A stretch of DNA of 24,000 nt from Rhizobacter sp. (GTDB lineage Bacteria; Pseudomonadota; Gammaproteobacteria; Burkholderiales; Burkholderiaceae_C): contig JANYJL010000137.1 of NCBI GenBank assembly GCA_025361845.1, forward strand, positions 1 to 24,000, written 5' to 3'. Under the pieces are notes generated by a model that saw only the letters and a list, made by a program, of their open reading frames with translations, had not been told where the DNA came from and made no database searches. This document shows, one piece after another, positions 5,196 through 15,008 of this stretch (position 1 is its first letter; the number at the start of each line of letters is the position of its first letter). A program made the position numbers and the translations under genes.

Positions 5196-7493
5196 TCAGG
5201 GCCGCTCCGACCACTCCCGTATCGTCACCTGGCAACGGATGCCGCGCGGCTCGACTTCACGCCACTCGACTTCGCCGCCGAGCTGCTTCACCCGCTTGCG
5301 CACACCGCCCAGGCCCAGGCCGTGCGACCAGGCGCGCGGGTTACGCCCCTTGCCATCATCGGTGACGGTGAGTTGCAAACGGTCGGCGGCAAGCGTGAAG
5401 TCGATGTCCAGGCGCTGCGCCTGCGCATGCGCGATCGCATTGCTGACCAGCTCGCGCAGCACCCGCGTCAGCGCCGACCACTGCACCACGGTCAGCAGCA
5501 TGTCGTTGTCGAAGTTGCAGGACCAACCGAGCGCGACATGCGCGGCGGTGAGCCGCTGTGTCAAATCAGCCTTCCATTCCGCTGCGGCGTGCGAGAGCCG
5601 GTGGTTGGGTGCGGCCAGGCCGCGGGTCAGCGTCTTCAGGTCTTGCAGGGTGTGCCGCACGTACTCTTCCATCTCGGGCGACTGGGCTTTGTACATAAGG
5701 GTCAGCAGCCGCGCGCCGATGTCGTCGTGCAGGTCTTGTGCAAGGCGCAAGCGCTCTTCGCTGCGGCCTTGTTCGACGGCCTTGTCGAAAGCCACCGCAC
5801 GGCGCAACTGCTCGACGATGCGATCCGTCAGGCGCGCGTCGTCGTGTGTGAACAGGCGCCGGCCGCGGTGCGCGAAACGGATCGTGATCGAACCGCGCGA
5901 CATGGCCTTGTCGCCGCTCAGCGTGGGCACCGGCACGAGCAGGGTCGAGCCATCGCTGGCCACGCGGGTGAGGCTGGACTGGCGCTCGCTCAGCGACACC
6001 TCCATCGGCTCGAACAAGTCGCGCAGCAGTTGCGCCAGCAGGGCCGGGATGCGCTCGGGGTGGGCTTCGACTTCGCGGGCAATGCGGTAGAGCTGCTCGA
6101 ACATGCGCTCGGTGGTCAGCATGCTGCTGCCGAGCAACTGGTTCAGGATCCATTGCCGCGCACCCGAGTACACGCCCAGCGAGATGAAGAGCGAAAGTGT
6201 CAGCGAAGCGAACTGCCCGAGCGAGAACACCGCGACGAAGAGCAGGTCGAGCGAGGTCGCCACGGTGCTGATGGCCGCGAGCAGCGAGAACTCGCGCATC
6301 ACCTGCTGCGAACGCGACATGAAGGGCACCAGCAGCAGCAGCGAAGCGAGGAACACGTACCAGACCATCGAGCCGGTGGCCGAGATGGTGGCGTAGGACG
6401 CGCCGGCCAGGCCCGCCGACAGCGCCACCGCCGCGCTCAGCAGCACCAGGGTGACGAGTGTCACCACGCCGAAGCGGCGCAGCACCACCGCGAACGGGTG
6501 CGGCTCGATCCGGTACGACCAGCTCAGCAGCGCGATGGCGAGCAGGCCCATCCCGATCATGCCGCCCTGCGCCCACCACCAGGTGGAAGCCAGCAAACCC
6601 AGCGCCGCGAGCACCGACAAGCCCACTGCCACGCCCCAGGTGCCCAGCGCGATCAAGGCGCCACCGGGCAACCGGCGCGGGTGCAGGCACACGGCGTTGA
6701 CCATCGCCGCAGCCGTCAGCAGATCGAAGGCCATGCGCGCCGGCATGTCGATCCGCGGGAAGGGCGCGGGCAGGCCGAGGCTGGCCGTGGCCTCCACGGC
6801 GATGAGCAGCAGGTTGCCGGCCTGGCACAGGCCCATCACGGCATAGATGAGGTTGCGCGAGGTCGGCTTGGCCAGCGCGACCACCATGGCGACGAGGTAG
6901 AGCACGAGCGCCAGCCCGCACAGCAGCCAGAACATCGCCGGCAGGCCGGTGAAGCCGCGCTGGAGCGGTTGCACTTCGACTGCGCTGCCATCGGCAAAGC
7001 GCAGGCTCACCCGCTCTTGCTGAACGGCGGCGAACAGGCGTTCGTGCAGCTCGCGGTGGCGCGTGCGCACCGCGTCGTCGGTCAGCCAGCGGGATGAATG
7101 CTGCAAGGCCAGGCCATCGACCGGCTCCTGGCCCAGTTGCACGAGCAGCTTGCCGATGTGGGGCCGCAGCAGCGGATCGGCCGTGGCGGCCAGCTCGACC
7201 TGGCCGCGTGCATCGACCCGCCAGCTCGCGTCGATGTGCAGCGGCGCGGCGAGTGCCCGCGCCAGCATCAGCAGGCCGACGCAGCCGAGCAGTGCCGCCG
7301 CCACCAGAAGACGCAGGCGCCAACCCATCCAGCGCGACAGGGCGGCCGAACCATCGAGCGAGCGGTCGTTGAAGACCGAGTCGAGCACCGAGTCGGCGGG
7401 GGTGCGGCTGTTGTCGCTCGCGCGGCGGCCCTCAGTGTTGCCTGAGCGGCCAGCGGACACTGCCGTGGGGCGCAGCGGTGCGTCGAGCGCCAC
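5196..7493 (-). CDS. Sensor histidine kinase, HisKA_3/NarX-type core, with a large multi-TM membrane sensor region (765 aa)
   Basis: The H-box ERLRLAQDLHDDIGARLLTL and the HATPase motifs LRELVSNAIAHA...DDGKG...GLGLGGVRKRV are present. The N-terminus has one TM segment, about 110 aa of likely periplasmic sequence, and then roughly eight to nine hydrophobic segments. The start is uncertain: GTG at 7493 has no clear SD, and an internal M at MGWRLRLL is possible. Confidence 0.85.
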   Translation of the reverse strand: MALDAPLRPTAVSAGRSGNTEGRRASDNSRTPADSVLDSVFNDRSLDGSAALSRWMGWRLRLLVAAALLGCVGLLMLARALAAPLHIDASWRVDARGQVELAATADPLLRPHIGKLLVQLGQEPVDGLALQHSSRWLTDDAVRTRHRELHERLFAAVQQERVSLRFADGSAVEVQPLQRGFTGLPAMFWLLCGLALVLYLVAMVVALAKPTSRNLIYAVMGLCQAGNLLLIAVEATASLGLPAPFPRIDMPARMAFDLLTAAAMVNAVCLHPRRLPGGALIALGTWGVAVGLSVLAALGLLASTWWWAQGGMIGMGLLAIALLSWSYRIEPHPFAVVLRRFGVVTLVTLVLLSAAVALSAGLAGASYATISATGSMVWYVFLASLLLLVPFMSRSQQVMREFSLLAAISTVATSLDLLFVAVFSLGQFASLTLSLFISLGVYSGARQWILNQLLGSSMLTTERMFEQLYRIAREVEAHPERIPALLAQLLRDLFEPMEVSLSERQSSLTRVASDGSTLLVPVPTLSGDKAMSRGSITIRFAHRGRRLFTHDDARLTDRIVEQLRRAVAFDKAVEQGRSEERLRLAQDLHDDIGARLLTLMYKAQSPEMEEYVRHTLQDLKTLTRGLAAPNHRLSHAAAEWKADLTQRLTAAHVALGWSCNFDNDMLLTVVQWSALTRVLRELVSNAIAHAQAQRLDIDFTLAADRLQLTVTDDGKGRNPRAWSHGLGLGGVRKRVKQLGGEVEWREVEPRGIRCQVTIREWSERP

Positions 7494-7508
7494 GGCGGGT
7501 CGGTCTGG

Positions 7509-8255
7509 TCAGACCAGGCCTTGTTTGCTGGCCAGCACGGCCGCTTCGGCGCGGCTCGACACATTGAGCTTCTTGTAGATGGACTTGATGTGGTCGTTGA
7601 CCGTGAACCACTTGATGCCCATCAGGTTCGCGATCTCCTTGATCGTGAAGCCCTTGCTCAGGTAGGTCAGCACTTCGCTTTCACGCGGGGTGAGGCGCTC
7701 GTGGTCGAGCGGCGCGCCCCGGCCCAGCGCCATCGGGCGGCTGCTCAGGAAGCCGGCGCCGAGCGGGGTGGGGCCGGAGTCGGTGGCGCCACCGGCGGCG
7801 CCACCGCGGAAGTGCGTCAGCAGGCGCCGCGCGATCGCCGGCGACAGGGGCGGCTGGCCACGCACGATCTTCTGCAACTCCTCGACCAGCACCTCGAAAC
7901 GGTCTTCCTTCAGCAGGTAGCCGTCGGCTCCGCATTGCAGCGCGGGGAACAAATGGTCGTCGTCGGAGTAGAGCGTGGTGACGATCTTGGTGGCCGGATA
8001 GCGCGCCAGTTCGGCGAGCAGTTCCATGCCATTCCCGTCCGGCAGTTCGAGGTCGACGAGGATGAGCTTGAAAGGATCGTCTCTGGGCCGAACTTCACCC
8101 AGCGGCCCAGCGAGCGGACCGATCTGCCGACGCGCCGTTTCCAGGTCGCCGGCTTCGGTGATGACGATGGTGTCGCTGAAACTCTCGCGCACCACGCGGC
8201 ACAGGAAGCTGCGGGCAACCGGGTTGTCTTCGAGGATGAGAACCTTGACTGGCAT
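7509..8255 (-). CDS. Response regulator, NarL/FixJ family (REC + LuxR-type HTH), 248 aa
   Basis: The REC domain (VLILEDNP...LILVDLELPDGNG) is joined to a C-terminal LTPRESEVLTYLSKGFTIKEIANLMGIKWFTVNDHIKSIYKKLNV. The two domains are separated by a Gly/Ala-rich linker of about 45 aa. Confidence 0.9.
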   Translation of the reverse strand: MPVKVLILEDNPVARSFLCRVVRESFSDTIVITEAGDLETARRQIGPLAGPLGEVRPRDDPFKLILVDLELPDGNGMELLAELARYPATKIVTTLYSDDDHLFPALQCGADGYLLKEDRFEVLVEELQKIVRGQPPLSPAIARRLLTHFRGGAAGGATDSGPTPLGAGFLSSRPMALGRGAPLDHERLTPRESEVLTYLSKGFTIKEIANLMGIKWFTVNDHIKSIYKKLNVSSRAEAAVLASKQGLV

Positions 8256-8354
8256 GCGCCGGACACTTTCCGATGGAGCGCTGATGGTAGCGCATGGACC
8301 GTGACGTATGCACGGCCCGCGTGGCCCTTCGATTGTTCTCTTGGGTCGTCCCTT

Positions 8355-9344
8355 TCAGTCGTTCATCAGCACCAGCTTGCCATGCACCTGACGGGTGCCC
8401 ATGCGCGCAAAAGCTTGGGGCAGTTGGGTCATCGGCAGGCGCTGGTCGATCACCGGTTTGACGCGGCCTTGCGCATACCACTGCGCGAGTTCGCCGAGGG
8501 CGCGGGCATTCGCCTTCGGCTCGCGGCGGGCGAAGTCGCCCCAGAACACACCGACGATGGACGCGCCCTTCAGCAAGGCCAGGTTCAGCGGCAGTGACGG
8601 AATCTGACCCTGTGCGAAACCGACCACGAGGTAGCGCCCACGCCAGGCGATCGAGCGGAACACCGGCTCGGCCAGCTCACCACCGACCGGGTCGTAAACG
8701 ACGTCGGGGCCCTTGCCTGCGGTCAGCGCCTTGAGTTGTTCACGAACCTGCGCTGGTCCGTCGGGTTGTCCGTAGTTGATGGTCGCGTCGGCACCAAGCG
8801 AGGTGCACAAAGCGCACTTCGCCTCGCTCGATGCCGCAGCGATAACGCGGGCGCCGACCGCCTTCGCGATCTGGATCGCCGCGGTGCCCACACCGCCCGC
8901 TGCGCCGAGGATCAGCACAGTCTCACCGGCCTTCAGCGCGGCGCGGTCGAGCAAGGCGTGGTGCGTGGTGCCGTAGGTGAGGACGAAGGCCGCCGCATCG
9001 TCGAACGCGAAGCCTTCGGGCAGCGGCATCAGCAAACCAACGTTGACACACGCATGGGTCGCAAAGCCACCGGTGCCCGAGAAGGCTGCCACCGCATCGC
9101 CCACCTTCATGTGCGTGACACCCGCCCCCACCGCGTCGACCACACCCGCGAACTCCGAGCCCGGCACGAAGGGCAGGGGCGGCTTCATCTGGTATTTGTT
9201 CTGCACGATCAGCAGATCCGGGAAGTTCAGGCTCGCGCTGCGGATCGCGACGCGCACTTCGCCTGCTTGCGGCTCGGGTGTGGGCAGTTCTTGCCAGCTC
9301 AGCGCATCGACGCCGACCGGGTTGATGCATAACCATGCGTGCAT
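8355..9344 (-). CDS. NADPH:quinone oxidoreductase / zinc-type alcohol dehydrogenase superfamily (MDR) protein
   Basis: The translation [42 protein letters not shown]...[19 protein letters not shown] is typical of the family. I chose the start at MHAWLC because AGGAG-N8 precedes that ATG; the 14-codon upstream extension in the track is rejected. Confidence 0.9.
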   Translation of the reverse strand: MHAWLCINPVGVDALSWQELPTPEPQAGEVRVAIRSASLNFPDLLIVQNKYQMKPPLPFVPGSEFAGVVDAVGAGVTHMKVGDAVAAFSGTGGFATHACVNVGLLMPLPEGFAFDDAAAFVLTYGTTHHALLDRAALKAGETVLILGAAGGVGTAAIQIAKAVGARVIAAASSEAKCALCTSLGADATINYGQPDGPAQVREQLKALTAGKGPDVVYDPVGGELAEPVFRSIAWRGRYLVVGFAQGQIPSLPLNLALLKGASIVGVFWGDFARREPKANARALGELAQWYAQGRVKPVIDQRLPMTQLPQAFARMGTRQVHGKLVLMND

Positions 9345-9437
9345 CGAAGCATCTCCTGTTGTGTCGTTGGGTGGGCGAGGGTGCACGAGCAGTGTCGCAA
9401 AACGGTTCTCGTGGCAACGAGTCCATACAATCCCGCC

Positions 9438-10187
9438 ATGCGTATTCTCATTGCGAACGACGACGGTTACCTCGCCCCTGGACTGGCGGCCCTGGTGAAG
9501 GCCTGCGAAGGGCTCGGCGAGCTCGACGTGGTCGCACCGGAGCAGAACGCCAGCGGCACCTCGAACTCACTCACCTTGCACCGGCCGCTGTCGGTCTACA
9601 CGGCCGCGAATGGCTTTCGCTACATCGGCGGCACGCCTTCGGATTGTGTTCACGTCGCGCTCACCGGCCTGTTGCCGCAGCGCCCCGACCTGGTTATCTC
9701 CGGCATCAACAACGGCGCCAACATGGGCGACGACACGCTCTATTCGGGCACCGTCGCCGCGGCGATGGAAGGCTTTCTGTTTGGCATCCCATCGATCGCG
9801 TTTTCGCAAGGAGAACGCGGCTGGACGCACCTCGATGCCGCCGCCCGCACCGCGCGCAGCGTGATCGAACAGGTGCTGCGCACGCCCCCCGGCCCCGCGC
9901 ACTGGCTGCTGAACGTGAACATCCCGAACCGGCCTGATGCCGATCAACTGCCGCGTGTCATCACCCACCTCGGCCGCCGCCACGCGAGCGAACCGGTGAT
10001 CCGCCAGACCAGCCCGCGCGGCGAAACGCTTTACTGGATCGGACCGGCCGGTGATGCGCGCGAGGCCGGTGCCGGCACCGACTTTCATGCGGTCGCGAAC
10101 GGGCAGGTGTCCATCACGCCGCTGCAAGTGGACCTGACCGATCACGCGCGGCTGCCGGCTTGGCGCGCCTGGGCGGGCAAGGAATGA
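9438..10187 (+). CDS. surE: 5'/3'-nucleotidase SurE
   Basis: [16 protein letters not shown]...[25 protein letters not shown] is the canonical SurE N-terminus, and the gene heads the surE-pcm-nlpD-rpoS cluster. The 33-codon upstream extension in the track is rejected. Confidence 0.95.
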   Translation: MRILIANDDGYLAPGLAALVKACEGLGELDVVAPEQNASGTSNSLTLHRPLSVYTAANGFRYIGGTPSDCVHVALTGLLPQRPDLVISGINNGANMGDDTLYSGTVAAAMEGFLFGIPSIAFSQGERGWTHLDAAARTARSVIEQVLRTPPGPAHWLLNVNIPNRPDADQLPRVITHLGRRHASEPVIRQTSPRGETLYWIGPAGDAREAGAGTDFHAVANGQVSITPLQVDLTDHARLPAWRAWAGKE

Positions 10188-11074
10188 GTGGTTCGGCGCC
10201 GCGTGCGCCGAAATTTCCGCTGCGCCTGGACCAGATGACGGCACCGGCCAGGTTGCCTGCGGCAGCGCCGCGCAAGCCGATCGCCAAGACGGTGGTCAAG
10301 CCCGCGTTGGCACGGACCCTCGTTGCGAACCAGCGCCCGGTGTTGCGACCGCAAGCCCATGTTCAGCATGCGCACACCGAAGCCACGCGGCGGGTGGCGC
10401 CCTCCGGCCTCGGCCTCGATTCGGCGGATGTGCGCCAGCGCATGGTGCGCCGCCTGCACGTGGCCGGCCTGCATGCCGACGCGGTGCTCGATGCAATGGC
10501 ACGGGTGCCGCGCCATCTGTTCATCGACCCGGCCCTCGTGACGCAGGCTTACGAAGACACCAGCCTGCCGATCGGCCACGGCCAGACCATCTCGAAGCCG
10601 AGTGTCGTGGCGCGCATGATCGAGCTGCTCCTGCAAGGCTCGAACGCACGCGCCAAGGGCTCGCTCGGCCGCGTGCTCGAGGTCGGCACCGGCTGTGGTT
10701 ACCAGGCCGCGGTGCTGTCGCTGATGGCCCGCCAGGTGATCTCGGTCGAACGCGTGCGACCGCTGCATGACAAGGCCCGCAGCATGCTCGATCGCCTGCA
10801 CGTGGGCCCGGTGCGGCTGGTGTATGGTGATGGCATGCTGGGGCACGCACCGAACGCGCCCTACGACAGCATCATCGCCGCCGCCGGGGGCGATGCCTTG
10901 CCTCAAGCCTGGCTCGACCAGCTCGCGCTCGGCGGGCGGCTCGTGTCGCCGATGCGGCAACCCGGCAGCGCCCAGCAGGTGCTGGTCGTGGTCGATCGAA
11001 CCGAACGCGGTTGCGTGCACTCGGTTCACGAATCGGTGAGTTTCGTCCCTCTAAAATCGGGGCTCGTTGGATAA
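10184..11074 (+). CDS. pcm: Protein-L-isoaspartate O-methyltransferase with a basic N-terminal extension of about 85 aa
   Basis: The translation includes ...[38 protein letters not shown]...[15 protein letters not shown]...DSIIAAAG. The ATG at 10184 overlaps the surE stop (ATGA). Confidence 0.88.
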   Translation: MSGSAPRAPKFPLRLDQMTAPARLPAAAPRKPIAKTVVKPALARTLVANQRPVLRPQAHVQHAHTEATRRVAPSGLGLDSADVRQRMVRRLHVAGLHADAVLDAMARVPRHLFIDPALVTQAYEDTSLPIGHGQTISKPSVVARMIELLLQGSNARAKGSLGRVLEVGTGCGYQAAVLSLMARQVISVERVRPLHDKARSMLDRLHVGPVRLVYGDGMLGHAPNAPYDSIIAAAGGDALPQAWLDQLALGGRLVSPMRQPGSAQQVLVVVDRTERGCVHSVHESVSFVPLKSGLVG

Positions 11075-11077
11075 CGG

Positions 11078-12052
11078 ATGCAGTGCATGGCGATTGACGC
11101 AAAACGGTGGTTCAAGAGCGCGTTCTGGATGAGCGGCGCTGTGGCATTGCTGCTGCTGAGTGCGTGTTCGACCGGCTTCAACCGCGCACCGGTCGAAGAC
11201 CGCATGGCAGGCACACGCAGCAGTTCGCCCGCACCACTGGCCGCCACGCCGCCCCCGCCCGGGCTCGGTACCGCCACCCCGGCCGATCTGACCAAGCCGC
11301 TGCCCGGCATCGAGAACCTCGGCAAGCCCGGCTACTACGCCGTGAAGCCGGGCGACACGCTGATCCGCATCGGCTTGGAGAGCGGCCAGAACTGGAAAGA
11401 CCTGGTCAAGTGGAACAACCTCGAGAACCCCAACATCATCGAGGTGGGCCAGGTGGTGCGTGTGGTTGCGCCCGGCGCCGATGCCACGGCCACGGCCACG
11501 CGGCCGATCACCAGTGCCAAGGCCGAGACCCGCCCGCTGGATGCCAAGCCGCCCACGGCCTCGGCCAGCTCGGCGTCGATGCCCGCGACCAGCGTGGCCG
11601 CAGCGACTGCGCCCACACCGGCCTCCGCGCCGGTCGCGCCGACGGCGGCCGTGCCACCGCCGCCGGTCGTGCGCGAGGGTGACGAAGACATCAACTGGTC
11701 CTGGCCCGCGGCCGGCACCGTGTTCGCCGGCTTCGAAGAAGGCAAGGCCAAGGGCCTGGTCATCTCCGGCAAGGCGGGCGACCCGGTGTTCGCGGCGGCC
11801 GATGGGCGTGTCGTGTACGCCGGCTCCGGCCTGCGCGGCTACGGCAACCTCGTCATCCTGAAGCACAACAACACCTACCTCACGGCCTACGCCCACAACC
11901 AGACGTTGCTGGTCAAGGAAGACCAGGCCGTGCGGCGCGGGCAGAAGATTGCCGAGATGGGTTCCAGCGACGCCGAGCGCGTGCAGTTGCACTTCGAGAT
12001 CCGCAAGCAGGGCAAGCCGATCGATCCGGCCCGCCTCTTGCCGCCGCGTTAG
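11078..12052 (+). CDS. nlpD: NlpD-like lipoprotein: LysM domain + M23 peptidase domain
   Basis: A lipobox LLLSAC is followed by a LysM domain ([30 protein letters not shown]), an Ala/Pro-rich linker and an M23 domain ([20 protein letters not shown]...LHFEIR). The position between pcm and rpoS fits. The ATG could be 11078 or 11087. Confidence 0.9.
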   Translation: MQCMAIDAKRWFKSAFWMSGAVALLLLSACSTGFNRAPVEDRMAGTRSSSPAPLAATPPPPGLGTATPADLTKPLPGIENLGKPGYYAVKPGDTLIRIGLESGQNWKDLVKWNNLENPNIIEVGQVVRVVAPGADATATATRPITSAKAETRPLDAKPPTASASSASMPATSVAAATAPTPASAPVAPTAAVPPPPVVREGDEDINWSWPAAGTVFAGFEEGKAKGLVISGKAGDPVFAAADGRVVYAGSGLRGYGNLVILKHNNTYLTAYAHNQTLLVKEDQAVRRGQKIAEMGSSDAERVQLHFEIRKQGKPIDPARLLPPR

Positions 12053-12071
12053 CGAACGACAGGGCCGCAGC

Positions 12072-13145
12072 ATGACCAAGAAGCGAACAACGCTCGATGG
12101 GCATGCGCCTGACGCGCCGGCGGTGGCATTCGATGCGCGCTTTCCGCCGGCACCGGTCGTCGCGTTGACGAGCCCGCTCAACGGCGCTCGTGCTGGTGAC
12201 GAACCCGCCGATGAGCCGGCCGACGAGGCCGACAACGCGCCCATCGACCCGCGCGCCGCCACCGAACTGGCGGCCGGCGACCCCGAGGTCGGCAACACCT
12301 TGCAGACCTATCTGCGCGAAATCCGTCGTGCGCCGCTGCTCACGGCCCAGGAAGAATTCGACACCGCCACCCGCGCCCGCAATGGCGACTTCGCGGCGCG
12401 CCAGATGATGATCGAGCACAACCTGCGCCTGGTCGTCAGCATCGCGAAGAACTACCTGGGTCGCGGCATGCCGATGACCGACCTGATCGAAGAAGGCAAC
12501 CTCGGCCTGATGCATTCGATCGGCAAGTTCGAACCCGAGCGCGGCTTTCGTTTCTCGACTTACGCGTCGTGGTGGATCCGCCAGAACATCGAGCGATCGA
12601 TCATGCACCAGGCCCGTCTGGTGCGGTTGCCGGTGCACATCGTGCGTGAGCTGAACCAGGTCCTGAAGGCGCGCCGTGCGCTCGAAGCGACCTCGGCCAG
12701 CAACGGCCATGCAGACCGACCGGTGCGTGTGGAAGATGTCGCTGCCGCCGTCGGCCGGCCCGTGCAGGAGGTGAGCGACCTGCTGAAGTTCGCCGAACAA
12801 CCGACCTCGCTCGACGCGCCACTGGACCGCAACCCGGCCGATGCGGGATCGGAATCGATGCTCGACAGCGTGGCCGACGACGGCTCGACCGACCCGATGA
12901 GCCTGGCACTGACGAACGAGGTCGAGCTGCTGCTCAACCACGGCCTGGACGAACTGAACGACCGCGAGCGCGAGGTGCTGGCGGGCCGCTACGGCCTGCG
13001 CGACCGCGAACCCGAAACGCTGGAGGTGCTGGCTGAGCGCCTGGGCCTCACGCGTGAACGCATCCGGCAGATCCAGCAAGAGGCGCTGCTGAAACTCAAG
13101 CGCCGCATGATTCGCCATGGTGTCGATCGCGATTCGATCTTCTGA
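12072..13145 (+). CDS. rpoS: RNA polymerase sigma factor RpoS (sigma-70 family group 2), 357 aa
   Basis: The translation [75 protein letters not shown] plus the region 4 sequence [19 protein letters not shown] fits RpoS, as does the synteny after nlpD. The start is the ATG at 12072; the 41-codon upstream extension in the track overlaps nlpD and is rejected. Confidence 0.9.
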   Translation: MTKKRTTLDGHAPDAPAVAFDARFPPAPVVALTSPLNGARAGDEPADEPADEADNAPIDPRAATELAAGDPEVGNTLQTYLREIRRAPLLTAQEEFDTATRARNGDFAARQMMIEHNLRLVVSIAKNYLGRGMPMTDLIEEGNLGLMHSIGKFEPERGFRFSTYASWWIRQNIERSIMHQARLVRLPVHIVRELNQVLKARRALEATSASNGHADRPVRVEDVAAAVGRPVQEVSDLLKFAEQPTSLDAPLDRNPADAGSESMLDSVADDGSTDPMSLALTNEVELLLNHGLDELNDREREVLAGRYGLRDREPETLEVLAERLGLTRERIRQIQQEALLKLKRRMIRHGVDRDSIF

Positions 13146-14024
13146 ATGGCCGTGGGTGCATCGGTGATGCAGCGCAGCGAGTTCCGCCTGCTCGACCGGC
13201 TGCGGGTGCGTTGGGCCGAGATCGATGCGCAGCAGGTCGTGTTCAACGTGCACTACCTGATGTACTTCGACACGGCCTTGTCCGCTTACTGGCGTGCGCT
13301 GGCGATGCCGTATGCGCCAACGATGGCCAGCCTGGGCGGCGACCTCTACATGCGCAAGGCCACGCTCGACTACCTCAGCTCGGCGCGCTACGACGATGTG
13401 CTGGACGTGGGCGTGCGCTGCCGGCGCATCGGCACGACCTCGATGACCTTCAACACAGCGGTGTTCCGGCAGGAACGTTGCCTGGTCAGTGGCGAACTGA
13501 TCTATGTGTTCGCCGACCCGGCCACGCAAACACCCCGGCCGGTACCGGCGGTCTTGCGCGACACGATGCTCGCGTTCGAAGCCGGCGAAGCGATGGTGGA
13601 GGTTCAGGTCGGCCCCTGGCAGGAGTTGCGCGCGCCGGCGCAGGCCTTGCGTTTCGAGGTCTTCGTCGAAGAACATAAGGTGCCCCTGGAGATGGAGGCC
13701 GATGCCGCGGATGCGAGTGCCGTGCATGCCGTCGCGCGCAATCGTTTCGGGCTGACCTTGGCCACCGGGCGCATGGTGCAGCAAGCGCCGGGTGTTGCCC
13801 GCGTCGGGCGCATGGCGGTCACGAAAACACTGCGTGGCGGCGGTGTGGGCGCGCAGGTGCTCGAGGCTTTGCTGCGAGTGGCGCGTGAGCGCGGTGACCG
13901 GCAGGTGCTGCTGCACGCCCAGATCACGGCCGTACCCTTCTACCTGCGCGCGGGCTTTGCCATCAACGGGCCGGAGTTCGAAGAAGCGGGCATCGCCCAC
14001 ATCGAGATGATCAAGACGCTGTGA
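13146..14024 (+). CDS. Fusion protein: YbgC/4HBT-type acyl-CoA thioesterase (N-terminal) + GNAT N-acetyltransferase (C-terminal)
   Basis: The N-terminal half (RVRWAEIDAQQVVFNVHYLMYFDTAL...TSMTF) has a hotdog thioesterase pattern. The C-terminal half (RVGRMAVTKTLRGGGVGAQVLEALLRVARERG...LHAQITAVPFYLRAGF) has the GNAT motif A pattern. The ATG directly abuts the rpoS stop (TGAATG). Confidence 0.8.
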   Translation: MAVGASVMQRSEFRLLDRLRVRWAEIDAQQVVFNVHYLMYFDTALSAYWRALAMPYAPTMASLGGDLYMRKATLDYLSSARYDDVLDVGVRCRRIGTTSMTFNTAVFRQERCLVSGELIYVFADPATQTPRPVPAVLRDTMLAFEAGEAMVEVQVGPWQELRAPAQALRFEVFVEEHKVPLEMEADAADASAVHAVARNRFGLTLATGRMVQQAPGVARVGRMAVTKTLRGGGVGAQVLEALLRVARERGDRQVLLHAQITAVPFYLRAGFAINGPEFEEAGIAHIEMIKTL

Positions 14025-14048
14025 CGGGAATCTGCGCTTGGCTTCTCG

Positions 14049-15008
14049 TCAGACGGCCCCACGCGCGCGCCGCGGCACCTGCGGCTTGAGCAGGCTGCGC
14101 ACACGCGTGCGGCGTGTCGGCTCGGGCACGCTGTCGCCATCGGCAAGTTCCGATTCCGACACCACACCGAGTTCGGCATCCGCCGGAGCCGCCTGGGCGC
14201 TGTAGCGCGGCGGCCAGTGGCGCAGCGTCGAACGGCGCAACAGGGCCAGCCCACCGGTCGCGCTGAAGCTGCGCTCCAGCACATGCGTGATCAGGTGGCG
14301 CTGTGCGCGCTCGGTGATGACGAGGGTGGAGCAACGTGTGCCGTAGGCCCGGTCGGGTGTGCGGATGAAGGCGCTCGACAGCAGGCGTTCCAGGTCGGGC
14401 GAGACACCGGTCTTGGGCAGCGCGGCATCGTCGGCGACGGATCGATCGGCCAGCGCATCGAACAGGCGCGTGGCCAGTTCGTCGACCGTGCCCGCCGATT
14501 CGAGCGCCGAATGCATCGAGGCCTTCAAGGCCTCGACCTTCGGCCAGGGCGTGTCGAGCGCGGCGTTCGACAGGCCGTACAGGCCACGCTCCAGGCGCTT
14601 CGGGTAGGCCGCGACGTTCGAGGCCCAGAAACATTCACCCAGCCGGAAATCCGCTGCGATGAGGTTGAAGCCGTTGTAGCCGGAGAGCGCCGTGCGCATC
14701 CAGAACCGGTCGATCGGTTCGCGTGCGGCCAGCCAGTTCGCGACGATCTCGCCGCGCGATGGCGCCCGCGCGTCGATGCGACCCGGATCGCGGTGGTTGG
14801 TGACGAGGGCCAGCCGCCCTTGCGCCGTCAGGCCCATCCAGGTGCCACCGCCTTCGAGGTCGCGGCCACCAAGGATGGCCGGCTCACCCGGGCGCGGTGC
14901 CCACCAGGCCAGGCGCGCGGCGGGCCGTTTGAAAAATTCGTCGCGGTTGGCCGCGATGACGAGCGGGAAGCGCCGGCTCTGGTCGATCGCCAGGGCTACG
15001 AGACACAT
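14049..15008 (-). CDS. NRDE-family protein (DUF833/TANGO2-like)
   Basis: The translation is MCLVALAIDQSRRFPLVIAANRDEFFKRPAA...GGTWMG...LVTNHRD. The family-defining MC start and NRDE motif are present. The start is at 15008; the 17-codon upstream extension is rejected. Confidence 0.85.
   Translation of the reverse strand: MCLVALAIDQSRRFPLVIAANRDEFFKRPAARLAWWAPRPGEPAILGGRDLEGGGTWMGLTAQGRLALVTNHRDPGRIDARAPSRGEIVANWLAAREPIDRFWMRTALSGYNGFNLIAADFRLGECFWASNVAAYPKRLERGLYGLSNAALDTPWPKVEALKASMHSALESAGTVDELATRLFDALADRSVADDAALPKTGVSPDLERLLSSAFIRTPDRAYGTRCSTLVITERAQRHLITHVLERSFSATGGLALLRRSTLRHWPPRYSAQAAPADAELGVVSESELADGDSVPEPTRRTRVRSLLKPQVPRRARGAV

Noticed and set aside
5100-7097. 665-aa + strand ORF (and the overlapping ORF 4726..6090)
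   Set aside because: It is fully antisense to the well-supported histidine kinase gene. Its composition is dominated by R/A/G/P/Q/H, no motif is recognisable, and this is the typical stop-poor antisense frame of high-GC DNA.
9339-9437. N-terminal extensions offered by the ORF track for surE (9339), the oxidoreductase (9386), rpoS (11949), NRDE (15059), mltG (16351), tmk (17051), pilZ (18708), ycfH (19231) and the EcsC-like gene (22115)
   Set aside because: The extensions overlap neighbouring genes or divergent promoters and add non-homologous, Arg/Cys-rich residues. Internal starts reproduce canonical family N-termini, often with an SD sequence or a stop/start overlap.
11913-14000. 695-aa minus-strand ORF (also 11051..12298 minus)
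   Set aside because: It is antisense to nlpD, rpoS and the thioesterase-GNAT gene, all of which have clear family motifs. It has low-complexity R/G/A/H-rich translation and no RBS or domain.
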